From Bdellovibrionota bacterium FG-1 (lineage in GTDB: Bacteria > Bdellovibrionota > UBA1018), in the NCBI GenBank assembly GCA_051382295.1, contig JBBCAW010000013.1, forward strand, positions 32,001 through 96,000: DNA of 64,000 nt, read 5' to 3'. Shown piece after piece: positions 9,428 to 19,176 of the stretch. Made by a program: the position numbers and the translations under genes. The first letter of the stretch is position 1. Every line of letters starts with the position of its first letter. The notes under the pieces are model-generated. The model was not told the DNA's origin and made no database searches. It worked only from the letters and a program-made list of their open reading frames with translations.

Positions 9428-11203
9428 ATGAGGACTTTTGGACCAAAAACAATGAACCGGGCTTTAGTCGTGGCCGGAATGCTCGCAAGCGGGACCGCGC
9501 TCGCGGGGGCGTCCCAGTCCAATCCCATGAATCGTGAGTACTCGATCCAACATGCTGCCGCCATCCACATTACCCCTCGCGGCCAGGAGGGAATCAGCGC
9601 CCGCCTTCCAAAGTTACTAGAAAGCCAAGGCATCAACCTCGAACATCAAAAGCATGACTCGCTCAAACTTCCCGCTACCGAAATTTCACTTCGAAAACTA
9701 CCCTCTCAACTCGGTTCCTATGGGCCTTTACTTCGAGATCTTCAAAAGAATATCACCGACTGGCTATCCTCCTTTACCCTGAAGAATCCAAAAATCATCA
9801 TCGAGGCACTCGCCGCCGGATATGACGCCGAAGGCCTGCAGGTTTCCGTGCGCCCGGATCTCTACAAAACTCAACAATACTTTGGTTCCGAAAGTGGTAT
9901 TGCCCTCACCGTCGAACTCACCGTTCCCACGCTTCGATTGTATGCCAGCCAGGTTCGAACACGTGATCTCAATAACGACTTTCTGAATCGCTATGTCCCG
10001 CCAGTTCCCTTTCCTTCTTCCATCAACAAAAAAAATGCGCGCGCCATGGGTGAGCTGGCCAAGCGGTTTAGCGATACTTTGGTCCTCAATAATCCCTTTA
10101 TGGATCTGAGGGATCCCCGCCCGCTTCGCGCGGCAATCACGGTCCGCGTCCAAATCAACTCAAACGGCCAGATTCTATTTGATACGTTAGAGGCTTCCAC
10201 CAATCTCGACCAGCTCAACTGGATCTACCCGCCCATGCAGATGATTTTTCCTCGAGTGGAACTGCGAGTGAACGACCAAAGATCCTTTCTAGATCCCAAA
10301 CCACTTCAAGACAAAATCAACCAGAACGAAGCCGCCTTAGTTCGTGTTCTACAACATTACCTCAAAGGGTTTATTGAAAAAGAATTCCCCACCTTTCTCA
10401 ATTCTATTGTTTATCCAAAGCTTGCTTCGGCATTTAATACCGTTAGATCGATTGAACCCAGCGAAGGAGATGTCTTTCACACCGGAAGCCAACTCCAACT
10501 GGGCTTCCGACCTTCCCATCTTTCGCTCAATGAACGTTTTTTATCCCTCGACCTGAATGGTTTTGTGGCCGACCCCGATGTCACCTGGGACGAAAAAGTA
10601 GCGCCCACAGCCCGTCCTCGTCCTGCAGCCCTAGAAGCCCTCAGTCCGGAATCTTACGATCTCGCCGTTTCCTTCAGCGAGGACGTTCTGAACCGCATCA
10701 CCGCCTTGGGCTTTCAAAGAGGGGCCTGGCAACACATCGAAACCGGCGACGCGCACTATGGTCGTTTAGCCCGTGCTCCCGTTTTTTCCGCCCTCCGGAA
10801 TGGCCATGGAAATCTCAATATCATCATTGAACTCAACACCCTGGGATTCGAACAGCGCATCGGACTCACCAATCCCTATCAAGTCGAACTAAACCTCGAC
10901 CTTATCATCAGAGCCTCACCTCAAGGGAACGTCTTTAATATTCTCCTCGATCATTACGATGAAAATACCGCACGGATTGACGATCGCTTCTTAACTTCGT
11001 CGCTTTTGCGAGAAAAAGTGAGTACGGCTCTTCGCGATACTCTTCGCGAAATGAATCAAAAAAACGTCCCGCGGCGGATCATTGCCGAGGGCTTAGGCGT
11101 CCTGGATGATCTCTTTGGCTTAAAAATGAGGATTAAATCCGCTGAATACGACCGTTGTGGATTTATCAATCTCTATATGGAATATGAGGGGCCAGCCCGA
11201 TGA
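9428..11203 (+). CDS. Secreted protein, BPI/LBP (TULIP)-like, paralog 1
   Basis: Signal peptide; AIHITPRGQEGI, YDLAVSFSEDVLNRI and terminal GFINLYMEY segments; colinear with the next gene. Confidence 0.55.
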   Translation: MRTFGPKTMNRALVVAGMLASGTALAGASQSNPMNREYSIQHAAAIHITPRGQEGISARLPKLLESQGINLEHQKHDSLKLPATEISLRKLPSQLGSYGPLLRDLQKNITDWLSSFTLKNPKIIIEALAAGYDAEGLQVSVRPDLYKTQQYFGSESGIALTVELTVPTLRLYASQVRTRDLNNDFLNRYVPPVPFPSSINKKNARAMGELAKRFSDTLVLNNPFMDLRDPRPLRAAITVRVQINSNGQILFDTLEASTNLDQLNWIYPPMQMIFPRVELRVNDQRSFLDPKPLQDKINQNEAALVRVLQHYLKGFIEKEFPTFLNSIVYPKLASAFNTVRSIEPSEGDVFHTGSQLQLGFRPSHLSLNERFLSLDLNGFVADPDVTWDEKVAPTARPRPAALEALSPESYDLAVSFSEDVLNRITALGFQRGAWQHIETGDAHYGRLARAPVFSALRNGHGNLNIIIELNTLGFEQRIGLTNPYQVELNLDLIIRASPQGNVFNILLDHYDENTARIDDRFLTSSLLREKVSTALRDTLREMNQKNVPRRIIAEGLGVLDDLFGLKMRIKSAEYDRCGFINLYMEYEGPAR

Positions 11204-12897
11204 GACGGATCCTCCGTTCGGCCGGAATCGCCGCGTTTTCCCTCATTCTAGCGCCTCAATGGTGTCATGCGGCTTCATCAGTAAGTACGCCAATCGACCA
11301 CGCCCTCGGGATTTACATTACTCCCCGGGGACAAAAATACTTCAATCACCATTTGCAAGAAGCGCTTTTTCGCATGCGTGATGGTACCGACTTGAATGAT
11401 GGCGGAATAGAGAGCTGGCAATACGAGGCCAAAGAGCCCATCGACCTCAATCACCTTCCTATTGCATATCAGCAGTTTTCTACCACGCTCGGAAAAATCA
11501 GGGATGCCCTCACTCAATGGCTCAAAGGGTTTTCGCTCAATAATCCACGATTTTCCGCGGATTTCACGAATATCGAATACACGGCAAATTTCAGTAAAAT
11601 GGGGCTTTTTGTCGACCCCGACGCCACCGTATCACTCGGAACGGGACGAGGCATCATCCTCAATTTGATCGCCGAGATTGTGCCGGATTTGAGAATCCAA
11701 GCGGACACCTTACAGGCGCAAGATCTCGATAACCCTTTTTTGAAGTTCTTTGGCGCGACCCAGCTTTGGGCAAAACTCGAGTCCGGTCCGCCCCTGCAAA
11801 TTAAGTCTCAACTCAGCCTCATCATCAATGACCGTGACGAGGTCGAGTTTGAAATGCTGAATTTTGAAACCAATCTAAAAGATGTCAACTTTGATATCGG
11901 CTATACCACGCCGCTTGCGCTCCCGCGGGTACAGGTCACGGTCAACAATCACAAAACGGGCAATCTCAAGCAGGACAAGGTTGAAAAAGTTATTCAGGAG
12001 CACAAAGCCACGCTCACCAAGGCCCTTCAAACTTATTTAGGAGAACTCGCACCTCTCAGTATCCCTGAGGCAGTCAACGCCTCTGTCCACGCCCACTGGA
12101 AAGCGCCGCTCAGCGAAATCAATCAGATGGACCCTCCCGCGGCCGGGGAACATGAAATCGACGTCAATGACAAATACCTCTGGGGCACCAAGGCTGAAGA
12201 AATCCAACTCACGCCGCAATATTTGTTTTTGGGTCTTTCCGCTTTTATCGACGACCCACGCTCGCCGCAACCTTGGGCCGAGGTCTCTCGTGAAATTAGA
12301 AATCGTGCTCCTGTACTTCAAACCAATCCGGCAACCTATGATGCCGCCTTAGCGATTAACCAAAACCTCCTCAACCGCCTCTTAGGACTCGGCTTTGCAC
12401 GAGGGTTTAAGTCGCTCAAAACCATTCCCGTGGACGGCTCCAAGCCGCTTAAAATTCTCGAAGCCCCTGAATTTAAATTTGAGGGTGGCCTAAACAAAAA
12501 TCGCGGAAAATTTCATATCAAAGTCGAACATGAAGCAGATGGATTTTCTGAAAATCTTGCCTTTCGAAAAAACCTCTCCTTTGAAATGGATATTCTCGCT
12601 CGCCTCATCATAACCCAGGACGGACAGAGTTCGATTGTGCTCGATGGCATTGACCTCAACTCTTTGCAGATCGACCTGAAATCGGTCCGAGGGCTTTTCG
12701 AAAGTTCGGTAAAGAATGGCCTCCGTGATAAATTGGTTGCGGCCAATGCTGAACTGCGAAAAAAACCAAAAACCATTGTGGACAGCCTTTTCAGATCACC
12801 CGTGACGATTCGTGGAATTCCCATGAAACTCAGAGGTTTTCAAGCTGACCCCAATGGATACCTCGTCCTTTATTTTAATTATGATTTTGAACAATAA
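11200..12897 (+). CDS. Secreted protein, BPI/LBP (TULIP)-like, paralog 2
   Basis: ATGA overlap; signal peptide; GIYITPRGQKYF, YDAALAINQNLLNRL, GYLVLYFNY. Confidence 0.55.
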   Translation: MRRILRSAGIAAFSLILAPQWCHAASSVSTPIDHALGIYITPRGQKYFNHHLQEALFRMRDGTDLNDGGIESWQYEAKEPIDLNHLPIAYQQFSTTLGKIRDALTQWLKGFSLNNPRFSADFTNIEYTANFSKMGLFVDPDATVSLGTGRGIILNLIAEIVPDLRIQADTLQAQDLDNPFLKFFGATQLWAKLESGPPLQIKSQLSLIINDRDEVEFEMLNFETNLKDVNFDIGYTTPLALPRVQVTVNNHKTGNLKQDKVEKVIQEHKATLTKALQTYLGELAPLSIPEAVNASVHAHWKAPLSEINQMDPPAAGEHEIDVNDKYLWGTKAEEIQLTPQYLFLGLSAFIDDPRSPQPWAEVSREIRNRAPVLQTNPATYDAALAINQNLLNRLLGLGFARGFKSLKTIPVDGSKPLKILEAPEFKFEGGLNKNRGKFHIKVEHEADGFSENLAFRKNLSFEMDILARLIITQDGQSSIVLDGIDLNSLQIDLKSVRGLFESSVKNGLRDKLVAANAELRKKPKTIVDSLFRSPVTIRGIPMKLRGFQADPNGYLVLYFNYDFEQ

Positions 12898-12912
12898 AGC
12901 GGAAAATCAATT

Positions 12913-13482
12913 ATGAATAAGATCGGTTATGGAACTCTCGCCCTCAATCTCTTGCTGTTGGTCACCCCTCATTTTATGCCTTTTGCCCACGCCGCGCCTC
13001 CTGTAGAACTGACACAACCGACCGCGGTCCATGCAATTAAGATTGAAAACCTGCCCCCAGGAAAATTCTTACATGCATTCTATGTGGCAGGTCATGAAAC
13101 TTTTATGCCTCTGGTCGGATCAGTCCTCGAAATCGCGTATATTTTGAAGGCTGTGGACCACATTCAAATCCCAGATAGCGGGATAGTTACGCTTGATGAA
13201 ACAAAAGTACCTAAGGTGAAATATAGCAATAAGTCCTTCAGTTATTTGGTCTTGGCGATTACCGGACCACTCCCTTCCCAGCTTTTTTTTAAAAATATCG
13301 ACGATAACCATCTGGTCATTGACCCACGGGCCACGCCAGAAGATCTTAAGAAAAAGCCAAAAATGGAGTTTAGCTCTGAAAAGATTGGATTTATCGACGC
13401 GTTCAAGCTCAAATCCAAACTTCCTCCGGGCGGATCAACGATTGTAATTGACGCATCGAATTCATCAAAAGATCTAAAATAG
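12913..13482 (+). CDS. Secreted hypothetical protein
   Basis: Signal peptide ending AHA; 15 nt after the previous gene. Confidence 0.65.
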   Translation: MNKIGYGTLALNLLLLVTPHFMPFAHAAPPVELTQPTAVHAIKIENLPPGKFLHAFYVAGHETFMPLVGSVLEIAYILKAVDHIQIPDSGIVTLDETKVPKVKYSNKSFSYLVLAITGPLPSQLFFKNIDDNHLVIDPRATPEDLKKKPKMEFSSEKIGFIDAFKLKSKLPPGGSTIVIDASNSSKDLK

Positions 13483-13520
13483 TAGATTCCAAGGCTGAAC
13501 TTCGCTAAAACCCACAGCGT

Positions 13521-14072
13521 ATGGCAAAACTTAAAATCTGGACGTGGGCATTTCTTTTGTGTTCGGTTTCGGCGTTGGCTTTGGCGACCAATAACGCCAG
13601 CGCTGCGAGTCACGATGAAATGGCTCACCTTTTTAAAGGCCTAGAGGGCCACTGGATCGGTGAAGGTTCAGTCAGACAGACGGATTTTGACGGCACGCAG
13701 ATCACTCACGGTTACCAGATGGATTTGATTTTGAGTCCCGACTCGCTTGCAGCTGATGAAGTCTGGAACGCCACCACTCAACTCAAGTTTGACACGGAGA
13801 TGACGGGCCAAAACAACGTGAGTTTTGCGCTGAATGGTGATCAACTTTTTGTAGGCGGCAATGGCTATTGGGATCCGGTCAATGTTTCTGAATCCACTTC
13901 TTCGACACTCACCTATACCCTGCTCCGCTCTGAGGCCCTCACAGGACGGGTTTATGTGATGGTGTTTCATCAAGAACTCAACCCCACCGAGACCGAACTG
14001 AGCGGCTGGACTCAGATTGAACTCAACGGCATGGTTATTTCAGATGAGGCATTTTCGGCAAGAAGATGGTGA
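13521..14072 (+). CDS. Secreted hypothetical protein, possibly lipocalin/calycin-like barrel
   Basis: Signal peptide; N-terminal LEGHWIGEG (GxW) motif; beta-strand-rich. Confidence 0.55.
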   Translation: MAKLKIWTWAFLLCSVSALALATNNASAASHDEMAHLFKGLEGHWIGEGSVRQTDFDGTQITHGYQMDLILSPDSLAADEVWNATTQLKFDTEMTGQNNVSFALNGDQLFVGGNGYWDPVNVSESTSSTLTYTLLRSEALTGRVYVMVFHQELNPTETELSGWTQIELNGMVISDEAFSARRW

Positions 14073-14220
14073 GGGGCGGGGGTAACTATTACACTGCCCC
14101 ATTTGGCACCGGACTCATTCATTTCTAATTCAATAAATCATTCCTAAATTTTTCGGGCGTATTTTCATACACTTAAAAATGGACTCAAGGTGGTTTCGTT
14201 TTTAACGCAAGGCATGACTA

Positions 14221-14657
14221 TTGTTTAAGGGCGATAGCAGAGTGGATGGAAACGGTCTTGGACTTTACCATGCACGCACCCAGTGCGAAGCATGGGGCGG
14301 AAGGCTCGAGATCACTTCTCAACTGGGAGAAGGAACGACCATTATTCTCAATCTCCCCCGATCGAATCCTCCTGAGTGGTTTGTTGCAGAACTCAAACTC
14401 CTGCCCAACTCGACAGTAGTCGTCCTTGATGACGACGAAAGTATTCACCAGATTTGGAGACAAAGAGCAGATTCGCTGAAATTGGGTGAAAATGGCATTA
14501 CCTTGGCTCACCTCTCTACTCCTGCGGATATTCGCAAATGGTATACTGAGCAGACGCTAACGGGCCCTAAACCCGTACAGTACCTTTGCGATTATGAATT
14601 ACTTGGCTTCAAGGAAACCGGTTTAGACCTCATTGAAGAGCTCGAAATTGCCACTCG
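14221..14657 (+). pseudogene. Fragment of a hybrid histidine kinase (HATPase end plus receiver-like domain), 5'-truncated and cut by the transposon
   Basis: G2 box GNGLGL...WGGRLEITSQLGEGTT, then VVVLDDD and YLCDYEL...GLDLI; in-frame stop at 14215; frame runs into the left inverted repeat. Confidence 0.75.
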
Positions 14658-14683
14658 TGTGGCCGCTCACGCCCAATTTCAGT
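14658..14683 (+). repeat. Left terminal inverted repeat
   Basis: TGTGGCCGCTCACGCCCAATTTCAGT; 21/26 match to reverse complement of 19177-19202; second AATTCAGT at 14710-14717. Confidence 0.88.
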
Positions 14684-14774
14684 ATAGCGGCCTGAATTGC
14701 CCGTCCCCGAATTCAGTGTAGAATGAGAAGAAAGGGTTGGCGTCCAGCGTTGAACGCGCCGGACGCCGTGACCT

Positions 14775-15524
14775 TTGCCTTATGGAACAAGGCCTGGGTC
14801 AAGCATAAGTGTCATTCTCGGCTTTCCAGATTTCAAGAGTTACTTGGAGACGATCGGGCCGAAAATCGGGCGACCGGAGCGGCCATCGTCTTGCCTGGCG
14901 TGTGACTGTTTGAGGATCTGGTTCAATGGATGGCGCAAGGTGCATGCGGTGATCCTGGAGGATGGCAAGCCCGGCCGCAGTGAGGATGGGCTCCTCCTCC
15001 AGCGCGTGGTCTGCTCACAGTGCGGGCTATCGTGGACGTTGCGTCCGTCATTCTTGTACCCGCATCTGTCCATGCAGCCGGATGTGGCCGAGTCGGCCGT
15101 ATTGACGTATCTGAGTGAGCCCGCCGCGACCTATAAACGGGTGGGTGAACGGATCGGCTGCTCCGCCCGTGCCGTGTGGCGATGGGTAGGATGGGTTGCG
15201 CGGTTTTTGGAAGCCGCACAGCTGCTCTCGGAGGCTGAGCTGTCGACCGGTGGCGGGCAATCGGTCACGCTCATCCCGCGAGAGGTCCCGCAGGATCATG
15301 AAAAGGCTTATTCACCCGCGCGGGCCGAAGTTTTACTTCGAGCCTTTCAGGGCGTATCCGCCCTGGTTGCATGGGCACGTGCGCAAGTGGCACCGCCCGA
15401 TGACCCGAGTCCCCTTCGTTTTTGGCTGCTCATGCGATTCCTGGTGTTCCGGGAGATGCACCCCCAGGTGGGGGTACCTCAATCCCCGCCGTTGCCGGTC
15501 GCCCCAAGGGGGCCTCCGGTGTAA
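14775..15524 (+). CDS. Transposon protein with CxxC...CxxC zinc ribbon and HTH (DUF6431-like); start uncertain
   Basis: CLAC and CSQC, then WTLRPSFLYPH, then HTH ATYKRVGERIGCSARAVWRWV. Confidence 0.7.
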   Translation: MPYGTRPGSSISVILGFPDFKSYLETIGPKIGRPERPSSCLACDCLRIWFNGWRKVHAVILEDGKPGRSEDGLLLQRVVCSQCGLSWTLRPSFLYPHLSMQPDVAESAVLTYLSEPAATYKRVGERIGCSARAVWRWVGWVARFLEAAQLLSEAELSTGGGQSVTLIPREVPQDHEKAYSPARAEVLLRAFQGVSALVAWARAQVAPPDDPSPLRFWLLMRFLVFREMHPQVGVPQSPPLPVAPRGPPV

Positions 15525-15534
15525 ATCGGCGCCC

Positions 15535-17217
15535 ATGAGTTGGGATGACGAGATTGATGAGCGAAGGCGCGCAGTCGCACTATTCAGATACGCCGTGATC
15601 GGTGAGTTGGAGTTTGAGGGGCTCAACCGAGGGGAGCTTTCTGCCCGAATCCAGGTACTTTCCGAAAAAAAGTGGAAGATGCCTGACGGAGAAGAGTACG
15701 AATTCACGGCGCGGACGCTTTGGAATTGGTGGATGAATTACAAACGCGAAGGACTCAAGGGGCTGCTCCCCGCGTCGCGAAAGACCGGACCCCGCGAGAT
15801 CAGCCCAGAAGTGCTCAAAGAGGCCATCCAGGCCCGCAAGGAAGTACCCTCACGCTCCACCCGGACCCTGATCCGCGTGCTTGAACTCAAGAACGTCGTG
15901 CCCAGGGGAAAGCTCAAACGCTCCACCTTGGACCGGATTTTAGATGAAGCCGGTGAATCCCGGCGCAAGCTTAAAACCCTGGGCAACAAGCGCTTCACGC
16001 GCCTGCTCTTCTCCCAGCCCAACGAATTCTGGGTTGGGGATTATCACGAGGCGCCGATTCTTTGGGTTCCCGCTCGTCAGACCTACGACACCGTCCACAT
16101 GGGCGCCGTGATCGATCACTACTCAAAGTACGTGCCGCACGGCGAGTGGTACCCAAACGAGCGCATCGCGACCCTGGAGGACACCATTAAGCAAGCTTTT
16201 CTCACGCGCGGGCTGCCGAAAAAAATGTACGTGGACAATGGGAGCGTTTATCGCTCCCATGATTTCGCCTTCGCGCTGACGCACCTGGATGTCCGGCTGG
16301 TCCACTCCAAGGCCTACCAAAGCGAAGGACGGGGCGTCATCGAGCGGTTTAACCGCACGGTTGCGGAGGGTTTTGAGCCGGAGGCCCGCGCGGCCAAGAT
16401 CACGGACCTACCCACTTTGAATCGTTTTTGGATTGCTTGGCTGGAGGAGAGCTACCATCTCGTGATCCACGGTTCGACCGGCGAGAAGCCGATGGATCGT
16501 TTTACGGGAAGCGGGTTTGTCCCAAAATATCCCGACCCCGTGAAGATCCAGGATATTTTTCGCGTGAAGGAAAAGCGCAAGGTCCATCCAAAAACCGGGA
16601 CAGTGGAAGTGGAAACCAAGCTTTTTCAATGTGAAAACTTCCTGCGCGGACGTTGGGTCCAGGTCCTGTTTGATCCCTTTAAACTCGATGACGTGCTCAT
16701 CGTGCTCAAGGGCAAGCATGTCCAGCGTGCGTTTCCCCAGAAAGTGAACGATCCGCAGCCCAAGCCCGAGCGTCCCACCGCGGCTCAGTTGTCGTTTGAT
16801 TATCTGGGCGCACTCCGAGCCGAGTATGATCGGAGAATCGCCATGCAGGCGCGGCATATTTCCGTCACGGACTTTAAACCCAGTCCCGAGTTTTCCTTGC
16901 AACCGTTTCTCGGGCTTTGTGCCCAGATGCTTGGAAAATCGCTGTCCGCTTACGAAAAAGAGAATCTCACGCGTACGTTTAACGGGGTGGGTCCTTTTTC
17001 GGAAAAGGTCGTGCGGCTGGCGCTTGAACACGCCATGAAACTACGCGGGCGGGGGCTCCATGTCTCTGTTTACACGCACTACCTCAAGGTTTTTCACTTT
17101 GCCGCGCTCAATGCCAATCGCGACGAAGCTCAAAATGTTCCTAAAACCGACAAAAAAAAGGAGACCCCTGACCATGATCATCGCAACCCCTCTAAACGTG
17201 CCCCACACGACCCGTGA
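15535..17217 (+). CDS. DDE transposase (integrase core with Mu-transposase-like C-terminal domain)
   Basis: Likely start ATG 15535 (MSWDDEID...ALFRYAVI); HTH; WVGD, IDHYSK, YVDNGSVY, GRGVIERFNRT; RKVHPKTGTV...VLFDPF. Confidence 0.93.
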   Translation: MSWDDEIDERRRAVALFRYAVIGELEFEGLNRGELSARIQVLSEKKWKMPDGEEYEFTARTLWNWWMNYKREGLKGLLPASRKTGPREISPEVLKEAIQARKEVPSRSTRTLIRVLELKNVVPRGKLKRSTLDRILDEAGESRRKLKTLGNKRFTRLLFSQPNEFWVGDYHEAPILWVPARQTYDTVHMGAVIDHYSKYVPHGEWYPNERIATLEDTIKQAFLTRGLPKKMYVDNGSVYRSHDFAFALTHLDVRLVHSKAYQSEGRGVIERFNRTVAEGFEPEARAAKITDLPTLNRFWIAWLEESYHLVIHGSTGEKPMDRFTGSGFVPKYPDPVKIQDIFRVKEKRKVHPKTGTVEVETKLFQCENFLRGRWVQVLFDPFKLDDVLIVLKGKHVQRAFPQKVNDPQPKPERPTAAQLSFDYLGALRAEYDRRIAMQARHISVTDFKPSPEFSLQPFLGLCAQMLGKSLSAYEKENLTRTFNGVGPFSEKVVRLALEHAMKLRGRGLHVSVYTHYLKVFHFAALNANRDEAQNVPKTDKKKETPDHDHRNPSKRAPHDP

Positions 17218-18088
17218 TTACATGCCCGCCACCCCCACGCCGTCCACTGCTCCGGTTGCCGGAACTGCCACCGCTATCGCGCCATCCGACCTGGATCGCT
17301 GGCTGAGTCATTTCAATCTCAGGCAAATGCCGTTCACCCGTGCAATACCGGAGGATGGCTTGCTCCCGCATAAAAGCTTCTCGGAGGCGCTCTCGCGGCT
17401 GTCACTCGGAGTGCAGTCCAAAACACCGACCCTGCTGACGGCGGAGCCGGGCCTGGGCAAATCCACATTGCTTGGGCAATTCTCCGACGGGCTTGATAAA
17501 GGCCGCTACCGGCTGGTGTACACCGCGCTTTGTTCCTGCAAGCCCTTTGGGCTGGTGGGCCAGTTGGCGGCTCGCTACGGCATCAAGGCAGGGCGCTCGG
17601 CCGCGCTCACCGCGCAGCTGATCCTGGATGTGCTGGCCAACTCACAAAAGCACGAAATCCTGGTGCTAGACGAGGGCCAGCGGTTGCCACCGGAAAGTCT
17701 GGACGAACTGCGCCTGCTCTCCAATCTGGATTTTGACCGGACGCCGCCATTTGCCCTTGTATTGGCCGGTCAGCCCGAACTTCGCACAACGCTCCTTGCA
17801 CCCGAGCACGACTCACTTTGGCAGCGCCTGTCGATTCGCGCAACGCTTACTCCGCTTACGGATCGGGAAACCGTCGACTACATCGACCGGCGCGTGAGAG
17901 CGGCCGGAGCCACGGCAAATCTCTTTCGCCCGGGGGCAATCGATAAAATCTTCGAGCGCACCCGGGGTGTCCCCCGGTTGATCAACAACCTCGCGACCGC
18001 CGCCCTGCTGGCCGCCGGCAGCGCCGGAAAAAGGCATGTGGATGTGGCCGAGGTTGAGAACGCGTCCTTTGATCAGGAAAACTCCTGA
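17174..18088 (+). CDS. ExeA-like AAA+ ATPase, probable transposition regulator
   Basis: AAGGAG before ATG 17174; HFNLRQMPF, Walker A AEPGLGKST, Walker B LVLDEGQRL, LAGQPEL, TRGVPRLINNL. Confidence 0.9.
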   Translation: MIIATPLNVPHTTRDYMPATPTPSTAPVAGTATAIAPSDLDRWLSHFNLRQMPFTRAIPEDGLLPHKSFSEALSRLSLGVQSKTPTLLTAEPGLGKSTLLGQFSDGLDKGRYRLVYTALCSCKPFGLVGQLAARYGIKAGRSAALTAQLILDVLANSQKHEILVLDEGQRLPPESLDELRLLSNLDFDRTPPFALVLAGQPELRTTLLAPEHDSLWQRLSIRATLTPLTDRETVDYIDRRVRAAGATANLFRPGAIDKIFERTRGVPRLINNLATAALLAAGSAGKRHVDVAEVENASFDQENS

Positions 18089-19044
18089 TGGACGCCACGC
18101 CGTACGCCACGATCTCAGCCGGAGAACTCGAAACCAAGACCGCCCCCGTTAACTGGATCGTTGAGAACCTGTTTCTCGAAGCGGGGGCGGGCATCCTGGG
18201 TGGCGCGCCCAAGAGCTGCAAAAGCTTCTTCGCGCTGGATCTGTGCGTGGCCATCGCGTCTGGCACGCCCTGCGCCGGGCGGTTGCGGACGTTAAGTCCA
18301 GGCCCGGTCGTGCTTTTATGTGCCGAAGACCCGACGGCGGTCGTTTCCTCTCGTCTGGCCGCGCTTGCGGCCGCACGGGGCCGCAGTCTTTCTGATTTGC
18401 CGATCAGAATTATTGTGGAGCCGCTCGTCAGACTCCCGGAGGGGATTGAACGCCTGGCCGCAACCCTGGTCGATAGTCAGCCCCGGCTGCTGCTGCTTGA
18501 CCCTTTGATCAGGCTGCACAGGGCCGACGAAAACTCCGCCTCCGAGATGAGTGTCATCCTGGATGGCCTGCGGGGGCTGGCCAGGCGGTCAAAAACCGCG
18601 ATCCTTCTGGTGCATCACGCGCGCAAGGCTGCATCAGGCAGTAGCGGGGGCGGCCTGCGTGGTTCATCGGACCTGCATGCATTTGGGGATTCTAACCTCT
18701 ATTTGCGGCGGCTCCAGGATGATGTTCTCGAACTGAAGATTGAGCATCGCGCCGCCGCGCCTCCGGCACCGCTTAAGATCAAACTCGTCGTCAATGAAAA
18801 TGGCCATCAAACCACCGCGCGATTCGAGGTCACCGATCAAACCGCCGCCGATGAGGACCCCGTCGGAACGCACATCCTGGAACTGCTCTCGGGTGCCAAC
18901 CAACCCCTGTCCTCAACCGCGCTTCGCGAGAAGCTAGGCGTCCGCAACCAGACCGTGGCACACGCCCTTGAACAACTGGCGGCCGGTGGCCGCATCCTTC
19001 GCGTTGGTCGTGATGGCTGGCGCTCCATCCAAAAACAAAGCTGA
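18088..19044 (+). CDS. RepA/AAA_25 (RecA-fold, SF4-like) helicase with C-terminal winged HTH
   Basis: TGATG coupling; WIVENLF, GGAPKSCKS, LLLLDPL, LLVHHARK, LRGSSDL; C-terminal SSTALREKLGVRNQTVAHALEQL. Confidence 0.85.
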   Translation: MDATPYATISAGELETKTAPVNWIVENLFLEAGAGILGGAPKSCKSFFALDLCVAIASGTPCAGRLRTLSPGPVVLLCAEDPTAVVSSRLAALAAARGRSLSDLPIRIIVEPLVRLPEGIERLAATLVDSQPRLLLLDPLIRLHRADENSASEMSVILDGLRGLARRSKTAILLVHHARKAASGSSGGGLRGSSDLHAFGDSNLYLRRLQDDVLELKIEHRAAAPPAPLKIKLVVNENGHQTTARFEVTDQTAADEDPVGTHILELLSGANQPLSSTALREKLGVRNQTVAHALEQLAAGGRILRVGRDGWRSIQKQS

Positions 19045-19050
19045 TCAACT

Positions 19051-19089
19051 GTTCCCCGTTCCCGCCCTATACCCTGGGAACGCGGGAAC
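19051..19089. repeat. Palindrome built from four GTTCCC hexamers
   Basis: GTTCCCCGTTCCC-GCCCTATACCCT-GGGAACGCGGGAAC, 6 nt after the helicase stop. Confidence 0.8.
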
Positions 19090-19176
19090 GCTTCCTGCGT
19101 CATATGGAGGCCTCGTCACGCCATGCGCTCAAACTGGGCCGCACTCTGAATTACTGAAATCTGACGCGAGAATGTC

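Noticed and set aside
14104..14121. TTGGCACCGG as a sigma54 site
   Set aside because: No GC at the -12 position
15196..15534. N-terminal extension of the 673-aa transposase call
   Set aside because: Overlaps the upstream gene and has atypical composition; ATG 15535 fits better
17174..18088. Type II secretion ExeA function
   Set aside because: No TM or peptidoglycan-binding domain; it lies inside transposon ends beside a transposase
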